In this document: positions 19,451 through 30,361 of the stretch, in pieces
Numbering within the stretch: the first letter of the stretch is position 1
Layout of the letters: the number at the start of each line of letters is the position of its first letter
From: an uncultured Phycisphaerales bacterium
Lineage (GTDB): Bacteria > Planctomycetota > Phycisphaerae > Tepidisphaerales > Tepidisphaeraceae
Assembly: GCA_963758525.1 (NCBI GenBank)
Contig: CAVWVQ010000003.1
Coordinates: 1,312,001-1,376,000, forward strand
DNA length: 64,000 nt
Reading direction: 5' to 3'
Position numbers and translations under genes: made by a program
The notes under the pieces: model-generated
Told to the model about the DNA's origin: nothing
Seen by the model: only the letters and a program-made list of their open reading frames with translations
Databases searched by the model: none

Positions 19451-21327
19451 CCGCGCTGGCCCGATTCTCCCGCAAAAAGGCGGCGCGTCCCGCCATCGCG
19501 CCGCCTCGCTATGACGAGGACGAAGACGAAATCCGTCTCCGCGCCATCGATCGCAAGCTGCTGGGCCGAATGATTTCCCTGCTCGCGCCCTACAAAAAGC
19601 TGTACGCGCTGGGACTTTCGCTCGGCACCGCGCAGACAGTGCTGGACATGTTCAGCCCCAAGTTCACGCAATGGATCATCGACTTCGGCGATCATTACCT
19701 GCGCTCGGTTCACGCCAGCGCGGCAACGATCTCGCGGTCCGCCGCGTCGTGGCACATCGTCCTGCTCGTCGGCCTGTGGGGGCTGGTGCTCGCGGGCGCG
19801 ATCATTCTCCAGCGATTCACGATCGTGATCATGATCGGTGCCGGCGAGAGCGTCCAGTTCGACATCCGCCGTCGGCTCTTCGACCACCTGCAGCGCCTCT
19901 CGATGAGCTATTACGACAAGACCAAGCTCGGCAGAATCATCAGCCGGTGCACCAGCGACGTGAACGCGATGCGCGAAACCAACGTGTGGGGAATGCACAC
20001 CATCGCGGTGAATCTCATCTCCATGCTGATTGCCGCCATCATGCTCGTCAGCACCGACTGGCGGCTGTTCCTTTCCGTCGCCTGGCTCGGGCCGGTTCTC
20101 TTTTACGCCAACCGCATCTATCTGCGTCATGCCGCAACCCAATGGCAGACCGTCCGCGACGGCTGGACGCGCGTCAGCACCAACATGGCGGAAAACATCA
20201 CCGGCATGCGCGTGGTCATGGCGTTCAACCGCCAGGAACCGAACCTGGGCGTCTTCAACACCCTGCAGGAAGCGAACACCAACAACAACGTCGACATGGC
20301 CCGCCTCAACGGCGTTTACCTCCCGCTGCTGCAGCTCATCGCCTTCATCGGCAAAGTGATCATCCTCGGCTTCGGCGGATATCTCATCGTCACCAGCCGA
20401 ATGACCAAAGGCGTCGGCGCGGTCGTCGCCGCGTTTCTCTATTGGGATTCATTCATGAACCCCATCCAGAACTTCGGCAACTTCTACAACATGCTCATGC
20501 AGGCAATGGCCAGCGCCGAGCGAGTCTTCTCGCTGCTCGATCTCAAGCCAGAAGTGCACGACGCGCCCGACGCCAAACCCCTGCCACGCATCGTCGGCCA
20601 TGTTCGCTTCGACCATGTGACGTTCGGCTACGACCCCGCCCGCCCGGTTTTGCACGACGTTTCATTCGAGGCCCAGCCCGGCCAAACCATCGCCCTGGTC
20701 GGCGCCACCGGCAGCGGCAAGAGCAGCACGATCTCCCTGATCGCCCGCTTCTATCAGCCGCAGCAGGGCCGCGTGCTGGTCGACGATCACGACATCCGCT
20801 TCGCCACCGGCGACTCCCTGCACAAACAAATGGGCCTCGTGCTCCAGGTGAACTATCTCTTCACCGGCACCGTGATGGAAAACATCCGCTACGCCAAACC
20901 CGGCTCCACTGACGAGCAGGTGATGGACGCCGCCCGTGCCATCGGCGCCCACGACGCGATCCTGATGCTGCGAGACGGCTACGCCACAGAGGTCGGCGAG
21001 CGCGGCGCCAACATGTCCCTCGGCCAGCGCCAACTCATCTGCTTCGCCCGCGCCTTCCTGGCGGATCCCCGCATCTTCATGCTTGACGAAGCCACGAGTG
21101 CCGTCGACACCGCCACGGAATTGCTTGTGCAGCAATCGCTAGAAAAACTCCGCGCAGGCAGGACGACGTTCGTGGTCGCCCACCGTTTGAGCACGATCCT
21201 GCGCGCGGATTGCATCCTGGTAATCGATCAGGGTCGGATCATCGAACGGGGAACGCATCGCGAGTTGCTTGCGGTTGGGGGGAAGTATGCGCATCTCTAT
21301 CATGAGTTTGTGCGAAGCGCGGAGTGA
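19447..21327 (+). CDS. ABC exporter, fused permease/ATPase subunit B (heterodimer partner)
   Basis: GATGSGKS, MSLGQRQL, MLDEATS and VAHR; ATGA overlap with subunit A. Confidence 0.93.
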   Translation: MTALARFSRKKAARPAIAPPRYDEDEDEIRLRAIDRKLLGRMISLLAPYKKLYALGLSLGTAQTVLDMFSPKFTQWIIDFGDHYLRSVHASAATISRSAASWHIVLLVGLWGLVLAGAIILQRFTIVIMIGAGESVQFDIRRRLFDHLQRLSMSYYDKTKLGRIISRCTSDVNAMRETNVWGMHTIAVNLISMLIAAIMLVSTDWRLFLSVAWLGPVLFYANRIYLRHAATQWQTVRDGWTRVSTNMAENITGMRVVMAFNRQEPNLGVFNTLQEANTNNNVDMARLNGVYLPLLQLIAFIGKVIILGFGGYLIVTSRMTKGVGAVVAAFLYWDSFMNPIQNFGNFYNMLMQAMASAERVFSLLDLKPEVHDAPDAKPLPRIVGHVRFDHVTFGYDPARPVLHDVSFEAQPGQTIALVGATGSGKSSTISLIARFYQPQQGRVLVDDHDIRFATGDSLHKQMGLVLQVNYLFTGTVMENIRYAKPGSTDEQVMDAARAIGAHDAILMLRDGYATEVGERGANMSLGQRQLICFARAFLADPRIFMLDEATSAVDTATELLVQQSLEKLRAGRTTFVVAHRLSTILRADCILVIDQGRIIERGTHRELLAVGGKYAHLYHEFVRSAE

Positions 21328-21457
21328 ATATACGTTTCGCTTTGTCAAACCGCCTTCCTCGCTGGCGCAAAGACTAACTTTCTTGCCACCTTCGAACCTC
21401 CGCGATTAATCTGATCAAAGATCGTACGCTCCGACCCAATACTTTGAGGGGTGGTTC

Positions 21458-23164
21458 ATGCCAGATCCAACTTCCATAGCACAAATAGATCTTTCACCGA
21501 TTCCTGGCAAGACGTATTTCACTTTGGTCCGCGAGTGGCGGGAAGAGTTCATCTACTTCCTGCTGGTGGATCGATTTCAGGATGATACTCCGCGCGCGCC
21601 TGTACTTTCGCCGAACCGCACGCTTGGCATCGCCACCCCGGACAACTTCTACGGCGGCAAAATCAGGGGTATTCTCAACAATCTGGACTATATCGCGGGT
21701 CTGGGCTGCACTTGCGTGTGGCTCTCGCCCGTATTCGAAAATAACGCCGGCGCATATCACGGCTACAACATCAATAACTATTTGAGCATCGACCCCAACT
21801 TCGGAACCAAGCAGGATTTGGTGGATCTGGTCGCCGCCGCGCACAGCTACCAGAAAAATGGACAGCCCTATCCCATTCGAGTCGTGCTCGACGTGGTGAC
21901 CAATCATTCGGGAGACAACTGGCAATATCCGTTCAACGCGACTTACAACTATTTTCAGGATCAGCAGTTCCCATTCGATGCGTGGAGGCGCGCCGATCGC
22001 CCGATCCCCTCCGATTTGATGAACCCAGACTACTATCATCGCCGCGGGAATATCTCCAGCGCCAACGGCTACGATACCTATCCCGAAATGCAGCATGGCG
22101 ATCTGTCCGGGCTGAAGGACTTCGCCAACGACGACGATCAAATCGGATCGCAAGTCATTAACATCCTTATTGCGGCACATTGCTATTGGATTCGAGAAAC
22201 CGACGTCGATGGCTTTCGGATGGATGCGATCAAACACATGGGCGAGCTTGCCTGCTCGCGATTCTGCTCGAATATTCGCGAGTATGCCTATTCGCTCGGT
22301 AAGCGAGGCTTTTTTCTGTTTGGCGAACTCGCGTCGGCGGACGACGAGATCATCGACCGCTACATCGGACAGAATACCTCAGTGGTGAGCGGCGACCAGA
22401 CCGTTTTCTTCGGGATCGACTCGGTTTTGGATTTTCGGCTGGCCGAGGGAAACCCCGCCAACCCTCCGCTCCGTGACGTCATCAAACAATTCGCCGATCC
22501 CGGCACGCTCTTTCGGCGCCTGGAGGCACAGCAGAACCGCGCGCTGAATCGTGGTGAAATCGGCCGATATCTGGTGACGTTCGTTGACAACCACGACTCG
22601 TTCTGGCAACCCGGGCGCTTCGGAGCCGGAGCGCCCAACGAGCAGATCATTGCTGCAATCGGATACCTCATTTGCTCGTTAGGCACCGCGTGCATCTACT
22701 ACGGCACAGAACAGGGTTTCCAGGGCAGCGGCGGCGACAACCAGATGCGGGAGGCCATGTTCGATCTTGCCACGCCTGGCCGCAATCTGCTCAACACCGA
22801 CTGCGCGATTTATCAGGAAATTGCCAAAATTGCCCAGGCCGCGCAGGAGTTGGAGCCGCTCAAGTACGGAAGAATGTATTTCCGCCAGATTGGCGACGGC
22901 GTCAGCTTTGGATTGCCTTTCGGGACAGACTACACCCTCGCGTTTTCGCGTATTCTCTATCCCCGGGAAGTACTGGTGGCGTACAACGTTTCAGCTTTGC
23001 CGCGAAACGATTGCGTCATCATTGACGCGGCGATCCATCATCCGGGCGATAATCTCACATTTGTATACGGCGGCGTCGGTGCCGTCGCGGTGCAGCAAGC
23101 CCCCGATGGGTCGCTGTTCGTCCGACTGCCGCTGAGCGGTCGGCAATTCGTCATCCTTGAGTAG
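21458..23164 (+). CDS. Alpha-amylase family glycoside hydrolase (GH13)
   Basis: Motifs YFLLVDRF, YHGY, DVVTNH, DGFRMDAIKH, FGE, FVDNHD and YYGTEQ; no obvious signal peptide. Confidence 0.92.
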   Translation: MPDPTSIAQIDLSPIPGKTYFTLVREWREEFIYFLLVDRFQDDTPRAPVLSPNRTLGIATPDNFYGGKIRGILNNLDYIAGLGCTCVWLSPVFENNAGAYHGYNINNYLSIDPNFGTKQDLVDLVAAAHSYQKNGQPYPIRVVLDVVTNHSGDNWQYPFNATYNYFQDQQFPFDAWRRADRPIPSDLMNPDYYHRRGNISSANGYDTYPEMQHGDLSGLKDFANDDDQIGSQVINILIAAHCYWIRETDVDGFRMDAIKHMGELACSRFCSNIREYAYSLGKRGFFLFGELASADDEIIDRYIGQNTSVVSGDQTVFFGIDSVLDFRLAEGNPANPPLRDVIKQFADPGTLFRRLEAQQNRALNRGEIGRYLVTFVDNHDSFWQPGRFGAGAPNEQIIAAIGYLICSLGTACIYYGTEQGFQGSGGDNQMREAMFDLATPGRNLLNTDCAIYQEIAKIAQAAQELEPLKYGRMYFRQIGDGVSFGLPFGTDYTLAFSRILYPREVLVAYNVSALPRNDCVIIDAAIHHPGDNLTFVYGGVGAVAVQQAPDGSLFVRLPLSGRQFVILE

Positions 23165-23526
23165 CCGGCGGGGTGCGTGACACTTTCCGCGGAACGCGCT
23201 ATCCCCCTCACCTGGTACTCCGGGGGAGGGTTGGGGTGGGGGCAGTGTTGTGTGCGAGTGTGCCTGTCGCGTCTCGACGCATTTTCACGATTTGGATCCC
23301 AGCCTCCCGGCCCCCAATGGGATCGGTAAGTTTGAACTCGAACGGATAGTCGCGCATCGGCGTTGAAGATTTGATTGACCTCCGCGAAGGGCAAGCCACG
23401 GCGGTGCGGCTGCGCAATCCTCCCTGATCGACTCCCGGCGTTTCTCTTCACCCACGACTCCCTCCCCCTTTCTCCCCACCACCACCCTTGCTACTACCGC
23501 AGTTTACCCGCCGCAGCAGGTCCTTC

Positions 23527-23745
23527 GTCCTCCATCCCTCCGTCCCTCCGTCCCTCCGTCCCTCCGTCCCTCCGTCCCTCCGTCCCTCCGTCCCTCTGTC
23601 CCTCCGTCCCTCCGTCCCTCCGTCCCTCTGTCCCTCCGTCCCTCCGTCCCTCCGTCCCTTTGTCCCTCTGTCCCTCCGTCCCTCCGTCCCTCCGTCCCTT
23701 TGTCCCTTAGTCCCTTAGTCCCTCCGTATCCCTCCCTCCCTCCCT
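23527..23745. repeat. Octamer tandem array (CCCTCCGT)n, about 25 units
   Basis: Directly visible; a related degenerate (CCTTCGTG) array lies at 8881-8951. Confidence 0.92.
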
Positions 23746-23821
23746 CGTTCCAATCACCAATCACCCGGTGATATGATACGATCAACGGTTGCCCGAGGGG
23801 CGACGGCTATATCGATCCTCC

Positions 23822-26662
23822 ATGCAGCTCAAAGCACCCTGTCCCAAATGCGGCAAGCGCGCCCGGTATGCCGAAGCCGAGGCGGGGCTTCCCGCCGTCT
23901 GTCACGCCTGCGGGACGCGCTTCACGCTCCCAACGATCGTGGCTCCTTCCTCCGCCGAGGATATTCCTTTTGCCGAACCGATTCGGGATCCGCGCGCGAC
24001 CATGCAGACCTGGGTCTGGGCGGCGCTGGCCGGGGGAGTCGCGATCGGCGCAATGGTCGGGGTCATTGCCGCGGTCATCGTTACGCGGGCGCACGAAACG
24101 CCGCCAGTGGCCACGACTGCGAATTCGACTGAAAACAGACCGGCCATTCCCGCGCCGCCCAACCAAACGAATATCACGCCTCCTCCCGCCGCTCCGGCAT
24201 CTGAGGATGACCACGCCGAGCCAAGTCCCGCGCAACCGCCATCGAGTCCAAATCCAGCGCCGCGGACTTCATTCGCATCGGCACGGGATGCTTCAGTCGC
24301 GCCGCCAGCGCCTCCGGCATTGTCTGCCCCGCGCGGGCCCGCAAAGCCGCACGGTGTCCTTGCTCCGTCGGCGGATGGAACCTCCGCCGGCTCGTCGCCC
24401 CGGCCTCCGATTCGGCCGATCGTCGAACCGACCGACACGCTCACCGACGCACGCATCGGCAAGGCGATCACCGATGGCGTCAACTATCTCGTGACACAGC
24501 TCGACGACAAGACGCACGAGCTGCGGCAGAACCGCGCGGACTTTCAAAATTTCGGCGGCGGACGCCCCGATGCCGGCGCCTACTTCGGCGGGCTGGACGC
24601 GCTGTGTGTCTACGCCCTGCTGCAAAGCGGCCAGGCGATTCCCGACAACCGGCTGAGCATCAAAAGCCCATACATGATCGGTCTGCTGGAGCAGATGAAG
24701 AAACTGCCGAATCAGTCCGGCAAAGTCGTCTACGCCAGAGCGATCCGCGCCACGGCGCTCACGCTGTATAACCGACCGGAAGACCGCACCGCCATCAAGG
24801 GCGACCTGGAATGGCTCCTCAAGGCGAGTCAGAACGGCGCGTACACTTACGACAAAGTCGATCCATCCACGGCAGCACGCTTACGCTATTTGCCGGCGGG
24901 GATGAATCCCTGGGACAACTCCTGTTCGCAATACGGACTGCTCGGCGTCTGGTCGGCCGCGGAAGCGGGGTTTGAAGTACCAACCTTGTACTGGAAGCAA
25001 GTGGAAGATCATTGGACGAAGAACCAGATGCCGAATGGCGAATGGGGATATCAGACGCCCCAGACCGGCGCCGGCCGGCTCTCGATGACCGCGGCGGGGG
25101 TCGCGTCGCTCTTCGTCACACACGACTGGCTCGCGGCGCCGAAGTTTGGCAATGAAGTCGGACGCGATCCGTTCTCTCCCGCCTTGCTCAAAGGCCTCGA
25201 CTGGTTCGAAAACGGCAGCCATTCCGTCGACACCTCCACTTCCGATTGGTTGGGCTACACGCTGTATGGCATCGAGCGCGTCGGGCTTGCGTCCGGCTTT
25301 AAATATTTTGGCTCGCACGACTGGTATCGCGAAATCGCCCGCCAGGTGATCGATGCGCAAAATCCCAATGGCTCGTGGAACCCCCAGGAAGCCAGCGACA
25401 CGCCGTATGTCCTGCTGTTTCTGGCCCGCGGACGCCATCCGATTCTCATGAACAAGCTCCGCTTCGACGGCTTCTGGTCCAATCGCCCGCGCGATTTGTC
25501 CAATCTCTCGCGCTACGCCTCAGGGGAAATGGAGCAGCCGGTCAACTGGCAGGTGGTTCCCATCACCCACGACTGGACGGATTGGACCGACTGCCCAATC
25601 CTCTACATGGCCAGCCACAAGGCGCCGACGCTGACCGATGAAGAGTACGACAAGATCCGCAATTTCATTCAGTCCGGCGGTCTTCTCTTCACTCAGGCCG
25701 ATGGCGACAATCCGGAGTTCAACAGTTTTGTGGAGGAGATGTCAAAGAAGCTCTTCCCCGACTACCCGCTCAAGGACCTTTCGCCCGACAGCCCGCTGTT
25801 CTCAGTGCTGTTTCACATGCAGCTCAAGCCGAAGCTCAAGGCGGTCAGCAACGGCGCGCGACTCCTGATCGTGCATTCCCCGACCGACCTTTCCCGCGCC
25901 TGGCAGCTGCGCCAGCAGAAGGTCGCGAAGATGCCATTCGAATTTGCGCTCAATCTCTTCCAATACGCGTCGGGCCGCCATGAGCTGCGCAACCGGCTCG
26001 AAACCAATGTCATCGCCGCTCCCAAAGCGGTCCCTTCCTATACCATTGCCGTCGCCCGGCTGCGATACGGGGGGAACTGGGATCCCGAACCCTATGCGTG
26101 GACGCGCTTCTCCCGCTGGTTCCAATTGCAGACCGGATATGGCATCGACGTGAGACCCGTCGACATGAGCGAGCTGACGCCGCAGGCCGCCCCAATAGCG
26201 ATTCTCACCGGCACCGACGCCTACGGTCCCAAGCCTGCCGAGGTCGACGCCGTGCGGAAGTATGTGCAAGCCGGCGGCGTCCTCTTCGTCGACTTGGCCG
26301 GTGGCGGCGGCGCGTTTGAGGAGAGCGCGCGCACCAAGCTCTTTGCCCGCGCTTTTCCCAACGGCTTTTTGCGCGTGCTGCCTCCCGATCATCCCCTCCT
26401 CAACACCGGCGCGCCCGGCATGGCGGACCTCAGCCACCCGCGGTTGCGGCCCTTCGCGCTGGAAAAGCTGGGAAGTCCCACCAATGAATTCCCCAGCTCT
26501 TTTGCCGCCGGCCGCGGCCATGTCGTCTTCACGCCTCTGGACATGACCTGCGGCCTGCTCGGCACCAACACCTGGGGAATTCTCGGATACGCCCCGGACT
26601 ACAGCCAGGAGTTTATCAAAAACCTGCTGCTTTGGATGGTGGACGGGCAGAATGATCAGTAA
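23822..26662 (+). CDS. DUF4159-domain protein: Zn-ribbon, TM, Pro-rich linker, prenyltransferase-like alpha/alpha barrel and two DUF4159-like domains
   Basis: CPKC..CHAC; WDNSCSQYGLLG, QMPNGEWGY, QNPNGSW; two PIxxxxG...GGxLF modules. Confidence 0.8.
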   Translation: MQLKAPCPKCGKRARYAEAEAGLPAVCHACGTRFTLPTIVAPSSAEDIPFAEPIRDPRATMQTWVWAALAGGVAIGAMVGVIAAVIVTRAHETPPVATTANSTENRPAIPAPPNQTNITPPPAAPASEDDHAEPSPAQPPSSPNPAPRTSFASARDASVAPPAPPALSAPRGPAKPHGVLAPSADGTSAGSSPRPPIRPIVEPTDTLTDARIGKAITDGVNYLVTQLDDKTHELRQNRADFQNFGGGRPDAGAYFGGLDALCVYALLQSGQAIPDNRLSIKSPYMIGLLEQMKKLPNQSGKVVYARAIRATALTLYNRPEDRTAIKGDLEWLLKASQNGAYTYDKVDPSTAARLRYLPAGMNPWDNSCSQYGLLGVWSAAEAGFEVPTLYWKQVEDHWTKNQMPNGEWGYQTPQTGAGRLSMTAAGVASLFVTHDWLAAPKFGNEVGRDPFSPALLKGLDWFENGSHSVDTSTSDWLGYTLYGIERVGLASGFKYFGSHDWYREIARQVIDAQNPNGSWNPQEASDTPYVLLFLARGRHPILMNKLRFDGFWSNRPRDLSNLSRYASGEMEQPVNWQVVPITHDWTDWTDCPILYMASHKAPTLTDEEYDKIRNFIQSGGLLFTQADGDNPEFNSFVEEMSKKLFPDYPLKDLSPDSPLFSVLFHMQLKPKLKAVSNGARLLIVHSPTDLSRAWQLRQQKVAKMPFEFALNLFQYASGRHELRNRLETNVIAAPKAVPSYTIAVARLRYGGNWDPEPYAWTRFSRWFQLQTGYGIDVRPVDMSELTPQAAPIAILTGTDAYGPKPAEVDAVRKYVQAGGVLFVDLAGGGGAFEESARTKLFARAFPNGFLRVLPPDHPLLNTGAPGMADLSHPRLRPFALEKLGSPTNEFPSSFAAGRGHVVFTPLDMTCGLLGTNTWGILGYAPDYSQEFIKNLLLWMVDGQNDQ

Positions 26663-26773
26663 CACGGGTTTCCAACCCGTGCGAATTGCTCTCGATTGGA
26701 GAAGGTCGCTGTTTGCTAATCCTACAGCGCTACTGAATTAGCGCCGCTCGCACGGGTTGGAAACCCGTGGTAC
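26659..26773. repeat. REPIN doublet, family A (CACGGGTTGGAAACCCGTG), the same REP as in dinG
   Basis: 26748-26773 is identical over 26 bp to 606-631; the inverted arm is at 26659-26684. Confidence 0.92.
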
Positions 26774-27477
26774 TTCAGCCGCCGGATTCGCAGCAACTCC
26801 CGCGCGTTGCGGATGGTCCCGGCTACCGGGTCGTACCGCGTGTCCCCATCGTCGCGCCAGCACACGGGAACTTCGATGATCTTGCAGCCGAGCATCTGTG
26901 CGATACGAAGGATTTCCACGTCGAACATGTAACCGTCCACCTGCTGCATCGCGAAGATGCGGTGGGCGATGTCGCCGCGGAAGAATTTAAACCCGCACTG
27001 GGTATCGCGGATGCCGCGCAGGCCGACGAGATTGCGCATCACCGCGTGAAACGCGCCGGAGCCGAGGCGGCGGTACAGAGGCTGCGGCACGTCGATGCGC
27101 GAGTTGACTAGCTTTCGCGAGCCAATGACAACGTCCGCGCCAGCCGTGAACGACGGCAGCATCGCGTCCAGCTCCTCGATCGGAGTTTTGTAGTCCGCGT
27201 CGACGAAGCCGATGATTCGGCCGGTGGAGCGGAGCACCCCCTCGCGCACGCCATGCCCTTTGCCCAGCCGCGCTGAACTCCCGAGCACCACGATCCGCGG
27301 ATCGCGCTGTGCCAGTTCGCTGGCCCGCTCGCGCGTGCCATCGTCTCCGTCGGCGCACAAAATGATTTCGCCGGTGAGGCGGCGCTTCTGCAGATATCCG
27401 CCGATCGCTTCGAGCGTCGAGACGATTCGTTCCGCTTCGTTGTAAGCGGGAACGACAATGCTCAACTCCAGCGGCAT
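26722..27477 (-). CDS. GT2 glycosyltransferase (dolichyl-phosphate glucosyltransferase-like)
   Basis: Motifs SIVVPAYNE, GKGHGVREG, FVDAD, DTQCGFK and FDVE. Confidence 0.92.
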   Translation of the reverse strand: MPLELSIVVPAYNEAERIVSTLEAIGGYLQKRRLTGEIILCADGDDGTRERASELAQRDPRIVVLGSSARLGKGHGVREGVLRSTGRIIGFVDADYKTPIEELDAMLPSFTAGADVVIGSRKLVNSRIDVPQPLYRRLGSGAFHAVMRNLVGLRGIRDTQCGFKFFRGDIAHRIFAMQQVDGYMFDVEILRIAQMLGCKIIEVPVCWRDDGDTRYDPVAGTIRNARELLRIRRLKYHGFPTRASGANSVAL

Positions 27478-27746
27478 TGCGTACCTATCGGCAGATTCGG
27501 CGCAGGCGGCGCAGTTTCCCCAGAGGGATCAAACGTCCCGCCGCGGGATTTTTTTTGCCCGGATTCCCAAAAAGCGGTTCAGGCTCACGAAAAAGCGGCC
27601 GACGAAAAATACGCGTGGGGAGCGATGCTCCCGGGCCCGCACATTCGTCTGCTGCGTGGTCCGAACCGGCGAGGTCGTAGTTCGGCCGCCGTTCCTCCGA
27701 CGATGGCACTTCCAGGCCATCGGATTCTCAACGCCAAACGAGGTGA

Positions 27747-28054
27747 ATGATGTTGATTTCCGCTCAAACTCTCACTCAAGCCCGCGAAGCCCTGATCCAG
27801 ACCGGCCAGGAGCGCCTCTCCCTGATGGGTCAGGTGAAGGAGCAGGGCGCAAGATTTATGATCTGGAGCGTGAGGTGCAGAAGCAGGCGAACGCTCGTTC
27901 GGCTGCCGAGCAACTGCTTTCTGAAGCGCGCCGGGAAATCGAAGCACTCCGTTCGCAGTTGCCCACTGATGAAACCGTTCGCGCTCACGACGAGTTGAGG
28001 AACTATCTCGCCGCGCCCAGCGAGATCCATCCGGCGCTGCGGTCCGCGGCGTAA
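27747..28054 (+). CDS. Small coiled-coil hypothetical protein; frameshift near 27848
   Basis: GAGGTG RBS; two frames join into a continuous helical sequence, followed by a terminator. Confidence 0.55.
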
Positions 28055-28083
28055 CGCGAATCGTTCGACGATTTTTCCACCCA

Positions 28084-28113
28084 GGGGCGCTCTGAAAGGA
28101 GCGCCCCCTTTTT
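28084..28113 (+). terminator. Rho-independent terminator
   Basis: GGGGCGCTC-TGAAAG-GAGCGCCCC followed by CTTTTT. Confidence 0.8.
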
Positions 28114-28350
28114 GCGCGGAACATGACAAACCTGAACGCCAGTGATTTCCCGCATTTCTAGCTTGATCTGTCGGAAGGGCCGTTTTGTGAGGGCAAAATG
28201 ATGTGACCGCGACGGAGACTTCAGCAACGGAAAAAAGGCGGTGCTGTCGGTATTTCCTGAACCCTGACACCCTGAACCCTGACACCCTCGGTCGCGGTTC
28301 GGGTGGAAGCCGGTTGCAACAACGACTCGCCTCGCCGATATTCTCCGGTT

Positions 28351-30267
28351 ATGGCCACCGAAACTTTTCCCATCGATCTGACGAAGCTCAAACCCCTGGC
28401 GCTGGACGTGAAGCAATCCAGTCTCACCGACGAACAGAAGCAGACGCTGAAGTTCAACATCCAGCTTTGCCGGGATGCGATTATCTTCTTCACGGCATAC
28501 GCCGGGGCAAAGGGATTGAGCGGCCATTCCGGCGGCGCGTACGACACCGTTCCGGAGGTGATGATCATCCGGGGATTCATTGCCGGCGGCGCGCCGATCG
28601 TTCCGATCTTCTTCGATGAAGCGGGCCATCGCGTGGCGACGCAATATCTTCTGAGCGTGCTCAACGGCGCGATGCCCGCCGAGAAGCTGTTGCACTATCG
28701 CGAATTCAATCAGGGCCTGCCGGGCCATCCGGAAAAATTCCTCACTCCCGGCGTTGACTTCAGCTCCGGCCGATTGGGCCACATGTGGGCGTTCGCCAAT
28801 GGCGTGGCGATGGCGAATCCCGGTAAGGCGGTGGTGCTGCTGGGCTCCGACGGCAGCCAGATGGAAGGCGACAATGCCGAGGCCGCCCGGCTGGCGGTTG
28901 GCAAGAACATCAACATCAAGGTGCTGGTGGATGACAACAACGTCACCATCGCCGGGCATCCGCAGGAATACATGCCGGACTATGATCTGACACGCACGCT
29001 CAGCGGCCACGGCCTGAACACCGAAACGACCATGGGCGAGGATCTTGATGCCCTCTACACCGACCTGACCCGCGCCTTCGCCGCCAACGGTCCGCGAGCG
29101 ATTGTCATCAAGCGCCCGATGGCGCCGGGCATCGAAGGAGCCGAAGGGTCGCCGCACGCGCACGAGGTGCTCAAGCCCGAAACCGCCATCAAATACCTGG
29201 AAAAGCGCGGCGGATATGAAAAAGCCATCGAACTGCTCAAATCCGCAAAGGGAGACAAGAGCCCGATCGTTTACAAAGGCTCAAGCGGAGTCGGCAAGAA
29301 TCGCGACGACTTCGGGAAGATCATCAACAAGATTCTCGACAAGATCCCCGAAGAGAAACGCATCGCCACGGTGCGCGTCTTCGACAACGATCTGGAAGGC
29401 TCGTGCGGGCTGCAACACATTCGCAAAGCGCATCCCGAGGTGTTCGTTCGCGGCGGGATTATGGAGCGCGGAAATTTCTCCGCCGCGTCCGGCTTCGGCT
29501 CGGAAAAGGGCAAGCAGGGGATCTTCGCCACGTTCAGCGCGTTTCTGGAAATGTGCATCAGTGAAATAACGATGGCCCGGCTGAACTTCTCCAACGTGCT
29601 GGCCCACTTCAGCCATAGCGGCGTCGACGACATGGCCGACAACACCTGCCACTTCGGAATCAACAGCATGTACGCCGACGGCGGCGTAAAACCGGGCCAT
29701 GGCGACGATACGACCCGGCTCTATTTCCCCGCCGACCAGCATCAATTCGCCGCCTGCATCGAGACGATTTTTGATCAGCCTGGCCTGCGGTTCCTCTTCA
29801 GCAACCGCGCGGCGGTGCCCGATCTGCTCGACGATTCCGGCAAGCCGATCTACCAGGGCAAGCCGTTCGAGCCCGGCAAGGACTACATCGTCCGCGAAGC
29901 CGGCGCCGGGCAGGGATATATCGTCGCGTTTGGCGAAACGGTCTATCGCGCTCTCGACGCAGTGCTCACCCTCAAGGCCCAGGGCAAACAGATCGGCCTC
30001 GTGAACAAACCGACGTTGAATGTTGTGGACACTGAAATGATGAAGAAGCTCGCCGCCGCCCCCTGGGTGCTGGTGGCCGAAGGGTTCAACGTCAAAACGG
30101 GCTTGGGCAGTCGCTTCGGAAGCTATCTGCTCCAGGCCGGCTTCAAAGGAAAATACAACCATATCGGCACCCACAAAGAAGGTTGCGGCGGGCTCTGGCA
30201 ACAGATGGGTTATCAGGGCCTCGACCCCGAAGGAATCTTGAAAGCTGTCAAGCCGCTGATGGGATGA
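28351..30267 (+). CDS. Transketolase-family TPP enzyme
   Basis: GHSGG, LPGHPE, the GSDGSQMEG...DDNN TPP motif, ATFSAF and SHSG. Confidence 0.88.
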   Translation: MATETFPIDLTKLKPLALDVKQSSLTDEQKQTLKFNIQLCRDAIIFFTAYAGAKGLSGHSGGAYDTVPEVMIIRGFIAGGAPIVPIFFDEAGHRVATQYLLSVLNGAMPAEKLLHYREFNQGLPGHPEKFLTPGVDFSSGRLGHMWAFANGVAMANPGKAVVLLGSDGSQMEGDNAEAARLAVGKNINIKVLVDDNNVTIAGHPQEYMPDYDLTRTLSGHGLNTETTMGEDLDALYTDLTRAFAANGPRAIVIKRPMAPGIEGAEGSPHAHEVLKPETAIKYLEKRGGYEKAIELLKSAKGDKSPIVYKGSSGVGKNRDDFGKIINKILDKIPEEKRIATVRVFDNDLEGSCGLQHIRKAHPEVFVRGGIMERGNFSAASGFGSEKGKQGIFATFSAFLEMCISEITMARLNFSNVLAHFSHSGVDDMADNTCHFGINSMYADGGVKPGHGDDTTRLYFPADQHQFAACIETIFDQPGLRFLFSNRAAVPDLLDDSGKPIYQGKPFEPGKDYIVREAGAGQGYIVAFGETVYRALDAVLTLKAQGKQIGLVNKPTLNVVDTEMMKKLAAAPWVLVAEGFNVKTGLGSRFGSYLLQAGFKGKYNHIGTHKEGCGGLWQQMGYQGLDPEGILKAVKPLMG

Positions 30268-30361
30268 TGCAGCGCCGAAAATGCTGGCGCGGCACTTCTG
30301 GACGTTGTGTTGCTTCGTTGTGCGCCGCCCGTGCTGCGAGGGTTTCTTCACGAACCGGAAA

